Assembly: GCF_006345805.1 (NCBI RefSeq)
Contig: NC_043000.1
Location: 68,014,001 to 68,078,000, forward strand
Direction: 5' to 3'
From: Octopus sinensis
Lineage: Eukaryota
DNA: 64,000 bases
Below the pieces are notes generated by a model, which was given only the letters and a program-made list of their open reading frames with translations, searched no databases and had not been told where the DNA came from. Positions within the stretch are counted from its first letter, which is position 1. Each line of letters starts with the position of its first letter. Both the position numbers and the translations under genes were made by a program. Shown in pieces: positions 63,151 to 64,000 of this stretch.

Positions 63151-64000
63151 AGGTATCTTGGACAAGATAAGAATGTCAGATATGATGGACCCAGGAGATA
63201 ACCAGGAACGAATACCTTAGGAGCGTAAAAAAAATATGGTCATCAGAACTTTCAGCTTACAACAAGCATATTGCCCACAACACCTTTGTGGTGCCTGGCC
63301 TCACGCCTACGTGTGGCCTTCTGAACTGTTCTCTATAGGAACTCGGTGAGATAGATGTTCGAACTCGCAAGCTGCTCACCGTTACTGAGAACTTCAACAT
63401 CAATGAAGATGTAGACAAACTGTATTTCTTCCTATGTAAACATGGTGGCTGTGATCTTAAATCTGTATCGATGTCATTTGAAGCACATATTGTGACACTG
63501 AAACAATATCTGCAGCAGAGGAAAGAGACTAGTAATTTTCTTCCCAAGTCTGTGGCTATGATATCAACAACATAGTTAATGAACTATGAAATAAGAGCGG
63601 ATACAGGAGCACTGGTAAAATTTATTTATCAGAACAGAATTTTAAGAAAATGGACCAATTCACTGAGAAGATAGTACATGAGTACTTGGCGCGTAAAACA
63701 CAAACCGTAGAAGGGACTGATCATATGAAAAGCTTGGCATGAAGTACCAACAAGTTTATGACATTCCACTTCGAAGACTACCCCCATACAATTCAAGAGC
63801 AAGAAATCTTCACTATGTACCTAAAGCATAAAAGACAGAAAACGTTGACAGGCAACAAATGTAGGCTATGCAAGACCAAGACAGAAGACATCAACCACAT
63901 TATTGCTAAATGCAAGAGAATATCTTCCAGGTATTATTTTCCCATGAGGCATGATGCGGTAGCCAGAACTGTTTGGAACAGGATAGCAAAAGAGAAAACA
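63151..64000 (+). mobile_element. 5'-truncated R4/Dong-type (RLE-class) non-LTR retrotransposon, continuing past the window end
   Basis: RYLGQDKNVRYDGP; KIWSSELSAYNKHIAHNTF; DVRTRKLL; DVDKLY; IQEQEI...CRLCKTKTEDINHIIAKC...RHDAVA (CCHC knuckle plus RHD motif typical of R2/R4 superclade elements). Stops and frameshifts present. Confidence 0.88.

Noticed and set aside
602-63220. Numerous YIYI, CVCV, HTHT, MYVC, poly-His and poly-Ile ORFs in the ORF track
   Set aside because: They are translations of (TA)n, (CA)n, (TACA)n and (GAT)n microsatellites.

Overview
Eukaryotic, AT-rich, repeat-dominated DNA with no intact long ORF and no rRNA, bona fide tRNA or CRISPR array. The repeat families and dense (TA)n/(CA)n/(TACA)n/(TAA)n microsatellites look like an octopus (coleoid cephalopod) genome; this is inferred from recalled SINE sequences, not from a search. 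Content: five mariner copies from four TIR lineages; RTE, CR1/L2, Tx1/L1 and R4/Dong-type LINE fragments; a Gypsy pol fragment and a solo LTR; many copies of two abundant tRNA-derived SINE families (called A and D here) plus rarer ones; pogo, hAT and GGATC-ended MITEs; and a Lep1-like Helitron. Repeat copies in roughly the first 17 kb have lost most CpGs, while copies of the same families further right keep them. That suggests a methylated gene body, and a few weak minus-strand exon candidates sit there. Most unusual items: (1) a tRNA-headed SINE with a Penelope-type minimal hammerhead motif and an inverted copy of its own tail (40091-40487); (2) an 837-bp near-perfect foldback carrying telomere-type repeats (20105-20941); (3) an R4/Dong LINE abutting a (CATA)n tract; (4) a constant-stem/variable-loop hairpin array in an RTE 3' UTR; (5) a deleted copy of the 35.5-42.3 kb locus nested inside itself. 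Most ORFs in the supplied track are microsatellite or antisense artefacts. All coordinates and counts were made by eye.
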